Shown here one piece after another: positions 29,812-39,429 of a DNA stretch of 64,000 nucleotides (its first letter is position 1; the number at the start of each line of letters is the position of its first letter). A program made the position numbers and the translations under genes. The DNA comes from Candidatus Sericytochromatia bacterium. Lineage in GTDB: Bacteria > Cyanobacteriota > Sericytochromatia > UBA7694. Location of the stretch: the NCBI GenBank assembly GCA_050248915.1, contig JBFWRL010000004.1, positions 12,673 to 76,672 of the forward strand, in the 5' to 3' direction. The notes under the pieces are model-generated. The model ran no database searches. It saw only the letters and a list, made by a program, of their open reading frames with translations, and was not told where the DNA came from.

Positions 29812-30611
29812 CTTATCTCTTTTTGGCGCTGGGCTCGATCTCCATGCTGGTGCCTTTTGTCTGGATGCTGGCGACGTCTTTGATGACCCCCGAGCAGATG
29901 TTCAGCCTGCCGCCGCGCCTGTTGCCCAATCCGCTGGCCCCTGAGAATTACAGCCGGGCCATGATGACCGTGCCGCTGGGGCGCTTTTTTCTGAACAGTT
30001 TGCTGGTGGCCTGTTTGACCACAGCAGGACAGATGGTGACCGCATCGATGGCGGCTTATGCCTTTGCGCGGCTGCGTTTTCCCTTTAAAGATGGCCTGTT
30101 TTTTCTGTTTTTGGCCACGATGATGATTCCACCGCAGGTCAATGTGGTGCCGCTGTTTATGTTAATGAGCAAATTGGGATGGATCGACAGCTATGCTGCT
30201 TTGGTGGTGCCCGGCTTATTTGGGGCCTTTGGGATTTTTCTCTTGCGCCAGTGGTTTTTGGGCTTTCCCGAAGAATTGGAGCAAGCAGCCACGCTTGATG
30301 GCTGCAATATTTGGCAGATTTACTGGAAAATCGCCCTGCCCACGGCCTTGCCCGCTCTGGCCACGTTGGGGATCTTTACCTTTATCGCGACCTGGAACAG
30401 CTTTCTCTGGCCGCTGATTGTGACCAACAGCGAACATATGCGCACCTTGCCGGTGGGGCTGGCGGCCTTTAAAGGCAGTTTTCGCGAGACCACCGACTGG
30501 GGCCAATTGATGGCCGCAGGGGTGATCAGTGTGCTGCCGGCCTTGGCCGTCTTTTTGCTCGGACAAAAATACTTTATCCGTGGCCTGATGGCCGGCAGCG
30601 TGAAGTCATAA
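29772..30611 (+). CDS. carbohydrate ABC transporter permease (MalG/UgpE-like)
   Basis: EAA loop QAATLDGCNIWQIYWKIALP. It overlaps the upstream permease gene. Confidence 0.85.
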   Translation: MEFKEKMGGPRILAYLFLALGSISMLVPFVWMLATSLMTPEQMFSLPPRLLPNPLAPENYSRAMMTVPLGRFFLNSLLVACLTTAGQMVTASMAAYAFARLRFPFKDGLFFLFLATMMIPPQVNVVPLFMLMSKLGWIDSYAALVVPGLFGAFGIFLLRQWFLGFPEELEQAATLDGCNIWQIYWKIALPTALPALATLGIFTFIATWNSFLWPLIVTNSEHMRTLPVGLAAFKGSFRETTDWGQLMAAGVISVLPALAVFLLGQKYFIRGLMAGSVKS

Positions 30612-30622
30612 GCGCTTCTGGC

Positions 30623-31504
30623 CTAAACTTTTTTCTCTTCGGCCGGCGTCTCTGTTTTGGCGACTTCGGCTTTGGTCTCTTCGGGCTTTTCGTCTTTTTT
30701 GCCAAAGAGGCCGCCCAAAGCCTGATTCAAGAGCCCTGAGGCTTTTTCAGCCACAGCTTGTCCCACTTCGGCGGCATTTTCAAGCGCTTCAGCGGCTTTG
30801 ACCTGCATCTGTTGGGCGGCTTCAGCGACATTGTCACCGGCTTGGTTGAGCAATTCGGTGGCTTTGACCTCAACCTGTTTGCGCACTTCATCGGCCTGTT
30901 GTTGCACTTTATGGGCCGCTTCTTGGGCTTTTTCTTGCAATTGATGACCCGCTTCCTGGGCCTTTTCCTGAAACTGGTGAGCGGCTTCTTGGGCCTGTTG
31001 CTGAGCTTTGCCTGCAAACGAACCGGCGTTTTCGCTGACTTTTTTGCCGACTTCTTCGGCGGTTTCACTGGCTTTGCCTAAAATGCCCTGAGCGGTGTGG
31101 GCGAGGTTTTGACCGATGCCCAAAGCGGTTTCTCCGGCTTTTTCAAGCACAGTTGGGCAGGTCCAGGCAAAAACCTGTTCATTGGGGTTCATGGCTTCCA
31201 TCTGTTCGGTTGTGACGCCGTGAAGTTCTTGTGCCTGGGCCAAAAACCACTGGCCAAATTCATCGCTGGGATGGGTCAGCGAGTGCATAAAATCTGGGTA
31301 AGAACCGTCCAATTCAACCACCTGCAGCATCAGATCGCCGTGGGGAGTCGATTGGTGCCAGAGTTTTTCGCTGCGCACTCCGGCTTTTTGGCGTGCGAGT
31401 TCGTATTCTCGCTGTTTATCTGTTTTGAGGGCCTGGGCGAAAGCTTTCCATTGCTCCACTTTTTCGGGCAAGATGGGGATGGCTGTTACATAGGTCTTGG
31501 GCAT
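30623..31504 (-). CDS. hypothetical protein with C-terminal apolipoprotein/LEA-like amphipathic repeats
   Basis: The start is taken at MPKTYVT, which has an AGGAA RBS. The C-terminal half is made of degenerate 11-mer repeats (QEKAQEAGHQLQEKAQEAAHKVQQQADEV...). Confidence 0.5.
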   Translation of the reverse strand: MPKTYVTAIPILPEKVEQWKAFAQALKTDKQREYELARQKAGVRSEKLWHQSTPHGDLMLQVVELDGSYPDFMHSLTHPSDEFGQWFLAQAQELHGVTTEQMEAMNPNEQVFAWTCPTVLEKAGETALGIGQNLAHTAQGILGKASETAEEVGKKVSENAGSFAGKAQQQAQEAAHQFQEKAQEAGHQLQEKAQEAAHKVQQQADEVRKQVEVKATELLNQAGDNVAEAAQQMQVKAAEALENAAEVGQAVAEKASGLLNQALGGLFGKKDEKPEETKAEVAKTETPAEEKKV

Positions 31505-31636
31505 GATCGTATTCCTTTCAGAGAGGGACTTAAAGCACTTGGCTTTGGAGATTCGCCACTTGTTAAGCAAGTGGCATCAGTAGCATGCAACCAGTTGCGG
31601 GGCTTGTCAAGATCCCCACAACTGGCCAAAACAGGC

Positions 31637-32422
31637 TTAGCAGCCTTTCCAATTGGCAGCGCGTTTTTCGATGAAGGCGCTGATGCCTTCGCTTTTGTCT
31701 TCGGTGGCAAAGACCTTGTGAAAGTTTTGAATTTCCAGGCGCAGGCCTTGATTGATGGTTTTGGTCAGGCCTTCAGCCACGCTGTCGTGGATCAAACGCG
31801 AGGCCACAGGGGCTTTGGTGGCCACATTTTTGGCCAATCCCAGGGCTTTGGGCAGCAGTTCTTCAGCAGGCGTGACGTGGTTGACCAGACCCCAGGCAAA
31901 AGCGGTGGCGGCATCAATCGGATCGCCACTCAGCAGCATTTCCAGAGCGCGGGCACTGCCAATAATGCGGGGCAGGCGCTGGGTGCCGCCAAAGCCGGGA
32001 ATAATGCCCAAATTGATCTCGGGCTGGCCCATTTTGGCATGTTCCGCACAGAGGCGCAGATCGCAGGCCATGGCCAATTCCAGACCGCCGCCCAGGGCCA
32101 AGCCGTTGATCGCGCAGATCGTGAGCTTTTTCATATCTGCCAAGCGGTTGAGGGCGCGCTGACCGGTCTCGGCCAGTTTTTCAGCTTCAGCCGGTGTCAT
32201 GCCTGACATGGCCTTGATATCCGCGCCAGCGACAAAGATTTTGGGGCCAGCACCGGTCACAACCACAGCCAAGATTTCATCTTTGGCTTCGAGGTGGCGC
32301 AGCACTGCGTCCAATTCATCCACCACAGCTGGGCTGAGTGAATTCACAGGCGGGTGATCGAGGGTCACCACAGCGACTTTTTCTTGCAGTTCCAGTTTGA
32401 CAAAATGATTCTTTAATTCCAT
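31637..32422 (-). CDS. enoyl-CoA hydratase/isomerase (crotonase family)
   Basis: AVVVTGAGPKIFVAGADIK and a conserved Glu region LAMACDLR..GQPEINLGIIPGFGGTQRL. Confidence 0.85.
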   Translation of the reverse strand: MELKNHFVKLELQEKVAVVTLDHPPVNSLSPAVVDELDAVLRHLEAKDEILAVVVTGAGPKIFVAGADIKAMSGMTPAEAEKLAETGQRALNRLADMKKLTICAINGLALGGGLELAMACDLRLCAEHAKMGQPEINLGIIPGFGGTQRLPRIIGSARALEMLLSGDPIDAATAFAWGLVNHVTPAEELLPKALGLAKNVATKAPVASRLIHDSVAEGLTKTINQGLRLEIQNFHKVFATEDKSEGISAFIEKRAANWKGC

Positions 32423-32434
32423 TGAGAAAACTCC

Positions 32435-33787
32435 TTAAACATGTGTTTTGGCGGGGGTTTTTGCCGGAGGGCTAACGGGGTTGATACCCGTGGTATAAAC
32501 CGGGTCGTGCTGCTCTGCGTATTTCAGGGCTGCTGTGGCCAGGGTCTTGAGTGCTGCTAGCTCAAACCACTGTTTTTCGCTGTCGAGGGCCAGTGGCACA
32601 CCCACCCGTTCACCTATCCGAATCAGGGTTTCGGGTCTGAAAAATTCACAGAGCCTGACAAAGACGTCTTCAATTTGGGGCACAATCTGCTGTTCTATTG
32701 CCAGAGACTGGCCCACGGGGGAATCTTGCGCGCTGAGCACCTGCGGATAGGTCTCAAACTGCCAGCCGAATTGTTGAATGATCTCGTGAGCCAGGCTGTG
32801 CATCCAATTATTGGCGGCGGTGGCTTCGTTTAAGAGCAAAATTCGGCCTCGGCTTTTTTCGATCAGGGGTTGCATATCTGCCAGCGGTGCGGGTTTGAGT
32901 GTACGCAAATCCATCACGGCAATTTCTTGGCCTGTCAAAAAGCTCAGGCCTTGGGCCGCTTTCCAGGCCATTGGCATCAGGCGGCCATGGGAAAAGACCA
33001 CTCCATGATCGCCTTCGCGGGTCAGGCGGGCTGTGCCCAGACTGTCTTCGGGAATGATCAGGCCTTCGGGCCATTCTTGCACCCAGGTGCCATCGCGCTG
33101 GTCCATTGCCGCGGTGGTATAAGCCAACCACTGTGTGCGGGCGTTGGGGTTGCTGGCCAGGGTTGAGGGGCTTTCGAGCAGTTCTTTTTCGCCGGGCAAA
33201 AGCGCAAAACCGGGCAATTCGAGATGGGCCAATCCCTGAGTGGTGGCTGAATCGGTCGGAAAACCGGCATGGGCGCGGGGATACATAAAGTGGACGGGAT
33301 TGGGGTCTTTGATTGCGGCCACAAGCAGGGTGGCTGCGTCGTAGGGGTTGGAGACCGAGACCACCTTCCAACCGGGCAATCCCACCATTTCGTTTTCGAC
33401 GGTTTGGGAGTGGTAGAGAGCGCCTTTGCCACTCAGGGCTCCGTAAGCGGTCATGATCACCAGCGGCATGGGCACGCGCCCACCACTGGCCCAGCAGGTC
33501 TCACCAATCATTTTCATAATATCGTAGGTATTGTGCTGGTAATCGGCAAACTGCATTACGCCCACAGCAGGCTGGCGCAAAAATGCGGCAGAGTAGGGAA
33601 TCCAGGCCGCAGAGCGCTCGTTGAGAATGGTGTTGTGGGCAAAAGGCAGGCCTTGGGTCTCAGCCAATACACCGCCTTTGGCACCGGGGCCAACGCCTTC
33701 GTTGTCTTGACCCCAGACACCTGAGGTCAGCCAGCCCTGACGGTGGCAGTGTAAAAGCGCCAAACGCACTGCGTCTTTGATTTTCAT
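32435..33787 (-). CDS. 2-oxoacid dehydrogenase E1 beta-like / transketolase-like protein (pyrimidine-binding plus C-terminal domains)
   Basis: ..QFADYQHNTYD..GGRVPMPLVIMTAYGALSGKGALYHSQTVENEMVGLPGWKVVSVSNPYDAATLL..DPNPVHFMYPR matches the E1-beta pyrimidine-binding domain. A transketolase C-like domain follows. At 450 aa it is longer than the typical 325 aa, and no E1-alpha gene is adjacent. Confidence 0.6.
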   Translation of the reverse strand: MKIKDAVRLALLHCHRQGWLTSGVWGQDNEGVGPGAKGGVLAETQGLPFAHNTILNERSAAWIPYSAAFLRQPAVGVMQFADYQHNTYDIMKMIGETCWASGGRVPMPLVIMTAYGALSGKGALYHSQTVENEMVGLPGWKVVSVSNPYDAATLLVAAIKDPNPVHFMYPRAHAGFPTDSATTQGLAHLELPGFALLPGEKELLESPSTLASNPNARTQWLAYTTAAMDQRDGTWVQEWPEGLIIPEDSLGTARLTREGDHGVVFSHGRLMPMAWKAAQGLSFLTGQEIAVMDLRTLKPAPLADMQPLIEKSRGRILLLNEATAANNWMHSLAHEIIQQFGWQFETYPQVLSAQDSPVGQSLAIEQQIVPQIEDVFVRLCEFFRPETLIRIGERVGVPLALDSEKQWFELAALKTLATAALKYAEQHDPVYTTGINPVSPPAKTPAKTHV

Positions 33788-33837
33788 GGGTCAGAGACCT
33801 CCACTTCAAGGTGCGCTCAGTATACCATGGGGGGCTC

Positions 33838-34143
33838 TTAGACTTCGCTCGAACCAAAGAGCAGATCCAGAGCGACTTGGCCCTGCTGCATCAGAATATC
33901 TGTCTGGTACAGCTCTGTATAGCTGCAAGCGCTGCAAGAAGCGGAAATCACCCCGCACAGTTGCGGCTGGTCTTTCACCATTGCTTGGTTTTGGCCACAG
34001 CAGCGACAGATAAAACGGGTGCCCAAACTGGCCTTGAGGGCTTCTTGTCTCTGTTTGGGTCTGCCATCTTTGCGCGCCTCACACTGCCAACAACTCTGGT
34101 AAGCGCCTTCGTTTTTTTCGCCGCAATCACTGCACCGCCACAT
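33838..34143 (-). CDS. small zinc-ribbon (multi-CxxC) protein
   Basis: CSDCGEK..CWQCE, CRCCGQ and CSACSYTE, giving at least three CxxC pairs. The function is unknown. Confidence 0.4.
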   Translation of the reverse strand: MWRCSDCGEKNEGAYQSCWQCEARKDGRPKQRQEALKASLGTRFICRCCGQNQAMVKDQPQLCGVISASCSACSYTELYQTDILMQQGQVALDLLFGSSEV

Positions 34144-34144
34144 T

Positions 34145-35158
34145 TTAAACCTGCAAGACGGCTATTTTGAGGGGGGGCTGTCCGTCCCGCGAGGGAAAGT
34201 CTGCTTCGGGTTCCAGCCATTGCAAGGCTTGAATGTCCCGCCCGGCTTTGCTGGCGCAGCGCATCAGGCTTTCTGCCCAGATCTCGCGCTGGACCGCAGC
34301 CACGTTATTGGTGCAGAGCAGACGGCCACCGGGACGGGTGGCCAAGAGTGCGGGTTTAAACACACTCTGGTAATCGCGGATCAGGTCAATGGTGCCAAAG
34401 GGGCTTTTGGACCAACGTGGGGGGTCCAAGCAGACCAGATCAAATTGGCGGGGGGCCAGTTTGGGGTAGCTGCGGCTTTCAATCCCTTTGCCGCGCCGAA
34501 AGGTGATCGGCAGACCGGCCCACTGTTTGACAGCAGTAAAAAAATCACTATGCAAAAAATGGTGCTGCTCGTTGTCTAAGTGATTGAGCCGGGCGTTTTC
34601 TTGGCCGATTTCGAGATAACGGTTGGTAAAGTCCACATTCCAGACCTCACTTGCCCCGCCTTGCATGGCTGCGATCCCCAGACCACAGGTATAGGCGCAG
34701 AGATTGAGCACCGAGCATCCTGCGGCTTGGCCCAGCACATAGCGCCGTCCCACCCGCAGATCGAGAAAGAGCAGTGGATCTTGGCCGCTGTGTTTGCCCA
34801 TGACTGTATAAGCCAAATTCAGCTCGTGGCAGAGAAAGGTGTGGGGGCTGAGCTCGTTTTCATCTTTGCGGCGCGAATGGGCGGCGCTGCGGTCGTTATG
34901 CACCACTTCCAAGGGTTGAAAATGGTCACGGCTAACGGCTTCAATGGTGGCAAGATCGTCTGCACTGAGGGGGCTGTGAAAACTCTGAATCAGCAATTGG
35001 GGACCGTAGCGATCCACGGTCAGGCCCGGGCGGCCTTCGTTGCTGCCATGAAAGAGGCGATAGGCAGTGGTGTTTTCGGCGGCCAAAGCCGCGAAAAGCG
35101 CCGCGCGCCGCTCCAAGGCACTGCGCAGATCTTCCGCAAGTTGAGAGTCGTCAAACAC
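34145..35158 (-). CDS. class I SAM-dependent rRNA methyltransferase (RlmI/RlmK-like)
   Basis: PUA-like N-terminus. SAM-binding motif VLNLCAYTCGLGIAAMQGGAS..NVD. DLVCLDPPRW (the DPP motif). Confidence 0.7.
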   Translation of the reverse strand: MFDDSQLAEDLRSALERRAALFAALAAENTTAYRLFHGSNEGRPGLTVDRYGPQLLIQSFHSPLSADDLATIEAVSRDHFQPLEVVHNDRSAAHSRRKDENELSPHTFLCHELNLAYTVMGKHSGQDPLLFLDLRVGRRYVLGQAAGCSVLNLCAYTCGLGIAAMQGGASEVWNVDFTNRYLEIGQENARLNHLDNEQHHFLHSDFFTAVKQWAGLPITFRRGKGIESRSYPKLAPRQFDLVCLDPPRWSKSPFGTIDLIRDYQSVFKPALLATRPGGRLLCTNNVAAVQREIWAESLMRCASKAGRDIQALQWLEPEADFPSRDGQPPLKIAVLQV

Positions 35159-35932
35159 TCACAGATCCCGCCAGCGCAGCCAACCCCAAGAAGCCAGAGA
35201 AAACAGGGCAATATACCCCAGGGTCAAAAAGACCGAACGCCATTCTGGGTCTTTGGCCACACCCATGCCGAGCAGGGCTGGCAGGGGATTGGGAATCAGA
35301 TCGGCGATGATCTTCATCGGCAGGTAATCGCCCCAGCCCTGGGGCAGGAGTTTAAAGCGCAGGACGTTTTCGACCACCATCGAATAAAAGAGATAGGCAA
35401 TGATCGTGAGCCCTTGCTTTTGCACCACCAAGCTCAAAAACAGAGCAAAGACCAGTGTTGCATAACATTGTAAGAAGAAAATCCCGACAAAGTGGATTTT
35501 TTCTGTCGCGCTGGCCCAGCTGACGCCTTCGCCGTAAACCAGGCCACAACCCAGACCCACAGCCGCTACCAAAAGGGTTGAGACAATCGTGAACAGGAAT
35601 AAAAGCAGCAATTTGCCAATCAAGACCTCTTCGCGGCTCATCCCGTCGATAATATTCTGCCTCAGGGTGCGAAATTGAAACTCGTTGGTGACCAAGAGAA
35701 TCACGAAAAAATAGAGCAGCAAATTGAACCAAGAGGCCATGTAGGTGACGTTTTGCCAGACCTGGGGAAAGAGGTAGAGATTGAGGCCCAGACTGGTGCC
35801 GCCAGAGACCTGGATATTAAAATTGGCCAAACTCACGAAGAGCAGTGGCATCAGCAGGAGATAGCCCAAGGCCGAAATCCAGAAGGCGCGGTACCAGATG
35901 ACTTTTCTCAGCTCAATGATTAACAGGCGCAT
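35159..35932 (-). CDS. ABC-2 family transporter permease
   Basis: Six TM segments. It overlaps the upstream ABC ATPase gene, suggesting an operon. Confidence 0.6.
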   Translation of the reverse strand: MRLLIIELRKVIWYRAFWISALGYLLLMPLLFVSLANFNIQVSGGTSLGLNLYLFPQVWQNVTYMASWFNLLLYFFVILLVTNEFQFRTLRQNIIDGMSREEVLIGKLLLLFLFTIVSTLLVAAVGLGCGLVYGEGVSWASATEKIHFVGIFFLQCYATLVFALFLSLVVQKQGLTIIAYLFYSMVVENVLRFKLLPQGWGDYLPMKIIADLIPNPLPALLGMGVAKDPEWRSVFLTLGYIALFSLASWGWLRWRDL

Positions 35933-36866
35933 CTTGTTGATCCTCCCGTATCAAGGCCAAAAAGCCACTTTCGAGGTTGGGTTTGTAGATCGCCAAATGG
36001 CTCAGGGCCACTCCCTGCTCCATAAACCAGCGGTTGATCTCTGAAGGGGTTTTTTCGTTTTCGAGGTTGAGTTCGAGTTTGTCGCCATTTTCGCGGACTT
36101 GCTTGACTCCCGGACACTGCTCGGCCATTTGTTTCAGCGTGGCCAACTCACCCCCCGAAATTTGCAAAAGTGGCCCCGAGGTGAGCACCTCGCTGAGTGA
36201 ACCTGCCGCGAGGCGTTTGCCCTGTTTGAGCACGGCCACGTGGGTGCAAACTTTTTCGACTTCGTCGAGAATATGGCTGGCCATAATGATTGTTTTGCCC
36301 GTTTGGGCCGTGCGCTGAATGACCGCGCGCACATCGGCAATGCCCTGGGGATCCAGTCCGTTGGTGGGCTCGTCCAGCACCAAGACTTCTGGGTCTGAAA
36401 GCAGGGCCGAAGCCAAAGCCAGACGCTGACGCATCCCCAGCGAATAGGTGCTGATGGCGTCTTTGGAGCGCTGACTGAGCAAAACCAGATCCAGCACTTC
36501 TTTGATGCGCTCTTGGCCTCGGCCTTTGATGGCCGCGACAATTTCGAGATTGCGCTGGGCCGAGAGATAGGTATAAAAATTGGGGGTTTCGAGCAGCGTG
36601 CCCACCCGGCGTCGGGCCAGGGCTGTGGGCGGGGCCTCAAACCAGCGGTAATCACCTGTGCTGGCTTTGAGCACGCCCAAAACAATGCCCAAGGTGGTGG
36701 TTTTGCCACTGCCATTGGGGCCGAGAATGCCCCAGGTGCTGCCTGCTTCGACTTTTAAGTTGAGGCTTTGCAGGGCCTGGACTTTGCCATAGCGTTTGGA
36801 GAGATTGGAGATTTCAAGAACTGTTGCCATGTTTGGCATTGTACCTTGAGCAGAGGGGCAAGACAA
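35913..36866 (-). CDS. ABC transporter ATP-binding protein
   Basis: Walker A GPNGSGKTT, signature LSLGMRQRL and Walker B VLVLDEPTNGLD. Confidence 0.9.
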   Translation of the reverse strand: MSCPSAQGTMPNMATVLEISNLSKRYGKVQALQSLNLKVEAGSTWGILGPNGSGKTTTLGIVLGVLKASTGDYRWFEAPPTALARRRVGTLLETPNFYTYLSAQRNLEIVAAIKGRGQERIKEVLDLVLLSQRSKDAISTYSLGMRQRLALASALLSDPEVLVLDEPTNGLDPQGIADVRAVIQRTAQTGKTIIMASHILDEVEKVCTHVAVLKQGKRLAAGSLSEVLTSGPLLQISGGELATLKQMAEQCPGVKQVRENGDKLELNLENEKTPSEINRWFMEQGVALSHLAIYKPNLESGFLALIREDQQDAPVNH

Positions 36867-36907
36867 ACCTCTCTTTTAGCCGGACAAGGGTTCTGTATCC
36901 GGCGTGT

Positions 36908-37375
36908 TCAGAGCAGACTTGTGAGGGCGTGGGTCTCCCATTCTTTGACCTGTGGCTCAATCTGGGGAATGGTGTAGAGTTCGATGGGGTTGCCCACCGG
37001 ATCATTGACCGTGACGCCCCAATAGCTGCCATGCCGCCATTCAGGTTTGCTGGTCAAAAGCTGTTTTTGGGTGTGTTTAAGCTGGTAAAGCACGCCCAAA
37101 AACAGGGCCTCGGGCACCCGAATCGACCATTGACAGGGAATATCCAAATAGTCATAGGCTGTCGTTTGGGCCTGATGAACGGCCTTGCTCTGACAAAACA
37201 TGACCTCGGTCTGGCCGAGCTGAAAGACACTGTAGGTGTTCTCTTTCCAGATTCTTTCTTCGAGCCCCAGCAACTCGCCATAAAAAAAGCGAATGGCGCT
37301 CAAATCTGAACAGATCACGGTTGAAAGATCGGCCACACCTGTTGGTATCTGGTGGTTATGCTCTGGTTTCCACAT
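36908..37375 (-). CDS. VOC/glyoxalase-family protein
   Basis: A roughly 150-aa beta-alpha-beta-beta-beta module (..IRFFYGELLGLEE..). Weak similarity to glyoxalase/bleomycin-resistance proteins. Confidence 0.5.
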   Translation of the reverse strand: MWKPEHNHQIPTGVADLSTVICSDLSAIRFFYGELLGLEERIWKENTYSVFQLGQTEVMFCQSKAVHQAQTTAYDYLDIPCQWSIRVPEALFLGVLYQLKHTQKQLLTSKPEWRHGSYWGVTVNDPVGNPIELYTIPQIEPQVKEWETHALTSLL

Positions 37376-37555
37376 AGTCCGCCCTCTTAGCTCTCAAATT
37401 GGTTCTTTGCTTGTTCTCTTATACCCGTAGAATCTCGCCCATCCTGCTAAAAAAAGCGTCTTTTACAGAACATTTAATCCACTTTTGATCTGCACCCAAT
37501 ACACTTAATATAAAGAGGCTTTGTGTGACAATTTCGAGATCTTGCCACTGATGAA

Positions 37556-38863
37556 CTACATCCCTCCAACCCAAATGGGTATGGAGGGAGTTTCGTGCTT
37601 CGCAGAGAAAGACTTCTCTCCACACAGGGCCGATTCCCGACCCTTAATACTCTCTAAGGCCCAGTTTAAGATCACACGCGCAGCATTCTGATCGCGACTC
37701 AAGGTTAAGCCACATGGACATATGTGTTGCCTTTCGGATAAAGGCTTCTTTGCCTGATTGCCACAACCACAGCAAGTCTGACTGGGCTTGGCGATGCTGT
37801 CGCCATCCGTAAGCACTTCGTGCAACGGCTGCCGCTCCTTGCGCGTCGGCACTTCAATGTATCTCGTACCAGCCTCTGCCGCTTTGTACTTCAACATCGC
37901 GTGAAATGCCCCTGGGGCTGTGCTCAATATTTCTCTGTTGAGTCCCTTTTTTCTCTGACCGCCGTTGGCCGTCATTCCTTTGGTATTCAGCTTCTCGACA
38001 GCAATTAACCCATTTGATTTGATCACCCAGGCACTGCTCTGATGCAGAAACTCATGGCGCTTGCGGGCTATTTTGCTGTGTAATGCCGCAACCTTTTTTT
38101 TCGCTTTGAACCAATTGCGTGAGCCCCGCTTTTTATGGGACATCTCTCGCTGCAATTGGGCCAGCTTTTGCAATTCAAGCCTTAAATGCCGTTCGTTTTC
38201 TATCCGGCTGTAATCACCGCTTTCATGGGCCAAAGTGGCAAAGCTCTCTACTCCCCAATCCAGACCCACAGCTCCTTTGACCAGAGGGGGCTCATGCTCC
38301 TTGGGTTTGCGTTCAGGTTCACAAACCAAAACAACCGAGGCATACCATTTTCCCCCTTTGTACAAAATATCCAAGGTTTTCGGTGTACCAGGCGTTCGGG
38401 CTTGTCCCCGCATCCGAATATACCCTACTCCTGAAAGTTTGAGCAGGCCATGTTTCTTTTCTTGAGGGAACAATCGCCAGCCATCACCATGGGTTTTGTA
38501 GCCCCAACCAGAATAGCGCTGGAGTGGCTTGAAGCGCGGGAAGCCCACTTTTTCAGCGTTTTCTTTGACCCGTCTGAAGAAGTGTTGAAAAGCATGTTCA
38601 AGCCGCTTGAGGGTCACCTGACAGGATTGGGCGTTGAGGGCATCATATTCAGGCATGGCTTGACGCAAGTCGGTCAGGTCCTTGCACTGTTGGGCGAAAT
38701 GAAGCGAGACGCCACACCTGCGATAAGCGGTAATCCGTTGTTCGAGGGCTGCGTTGTAAAGTTGCTGATGCAAAGCACGGATTTTAAGCATTTCAGCTTC
38801 TTGCGCTTGGTTGGGGTACAAGCGATAAGTGACTCTGCGATTTAAGTTTTGAGAAAATTCCAT
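37556..38863 (-). CDS. tnpB: IS605 OrfB-family transposase accessory protein / RNA-guided endonuclease TnpB
   Basis: The N-terminus ..TYRLYPNQAQEAEMLK.. is typical of TnpB. A RuvC-like core is present. C-terminal zinc finger CCGCGNQAKK..HICPCGLTLSRDQNAARVI. Confidence 0.85.
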   Translation of the reverse strand: MEFSQNLNRRVTYRLYPNQAQEAEMLKIRALHQQLYNAALEQRITAYRRCGVSLHFAQQCKDLTDLRQAMPEYDALNAQSCQVTLKRLEHAFQHFFRRVKENAEKVGFPRFKPLQRYSGWGYKTHGDGWRLFPQEKKHGLLKLSGVGYIRMRGQARTPGTPKTLDILYKGGKWYASVVLVCEPERKPKEHEPPLVKGAVGLDWGVESFATLAHESGDYSRIENERHLRLELQKLAQLQREMSHKKRGSRNWFKAKKKVAALHSKIARKRHEFLHQSSAWVIKSNGLIAVEKLNTKGMTANGGQRKKGLNREILSTAPGAFHAMLKYKAAEAGTRYIEVPTRKERQPLHEVLTDGDSIAKPSQTCCGCGNQAKKPLSERQHICPCGLTLSRDQNAARVILNWALESIKGRESALCGEKSFSAKHETPSIPIWVGGM

Positions 38864-38910
38864 ACACTTAGTATACTACTGTTTTATTTAGAGTCCTAGT
38901 ATAATTAGTT

Positions 38911-39324
38911 ATGCTCAAAATAAATGACTTAAAAACGCTTTATCACTGTACATATAATTTAAATTATCATTTGGTTATTGTTACAAAATACCGTCGCAAA
39001 TGTATCAATAAACCCATGCTTGATTCCTTAGAAAACATCTTTACAGAGCTTTGCCAAAAATGGGAGTGTGAATTACTTGAATTTAATGGCGAAAAAGACC
39101 ATGTCCATTTATTACTTTCTCTCAATCCAAAGGTGCAACCCAGTAAGTTTGTTAATAATATAAAAACAGTTTCTTCTCGCTTGATTCGCAAGGAATTTGC
39201 AGAAGAAATAAACAAAGTATATGCCAAAGCGGTATTTTGGAGCCGTTCCTATTGCCTATTGACCTGTGGAAGTGCGCCATTGTCTGTGATTAAACAGTAT
39301 ATTGAACAACAAAGGCTGGAATGA
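38911..39324 (+). CDS. tnpA: IS200/IS605-family Y1 (HUH) transposase
   Basis: 137 aa. HuH motif DHVHLLLS. A catalytic Tyr region is near the C-terminus. Confidence 0.85.
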   Translation: MLKINDLKTLYHCTYNLNYHLVIVTKYRRKCINKPMLDSLENIFTELCQKWECELLEFNGEKDHVHLLLSLNPKVQPSKFVNNIKTVSSRLIRKEFAEEINKVYAKAVFWSRSYCLLTCGSAPLSVIKQYIEQQRLE

Positions 39325-39429
39325 GCGGCAGAACGCCGCTATCGCACTTCACCCCCCGCCAAGCCCAATGGCTATGGCAGGAGCACTGTGCGATAATTTG
39401 GTAGGCAAAACCTGAAACAATACCTCTAA

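Larger units (their letters stand above)
37440..39420. mobile_element. IS200/IS605-family insertion sequence (divergent tnpB and tnpA)
   Basis: The element comprises the tnpB gene at 37556..38863 and the tnpA gene at 38911..39324, divergently arranged. A hairpin GCGGC-agaac-GCCGC sits just after tnpA at 39326-39340. The ends are approximate. Confidence 0.7.

Noticed and set aside
31097-32206. 369-aa plus-strand ORF
   Set aside because: It is antisense to the crotonase and repeat-protein genes. It has no motifs and no RBS.
34580-35473. 297-aa plus-strand ORF
   Set aside because: It is antisense to the RlmI-like methyltransferase and the ABC-2 permease.
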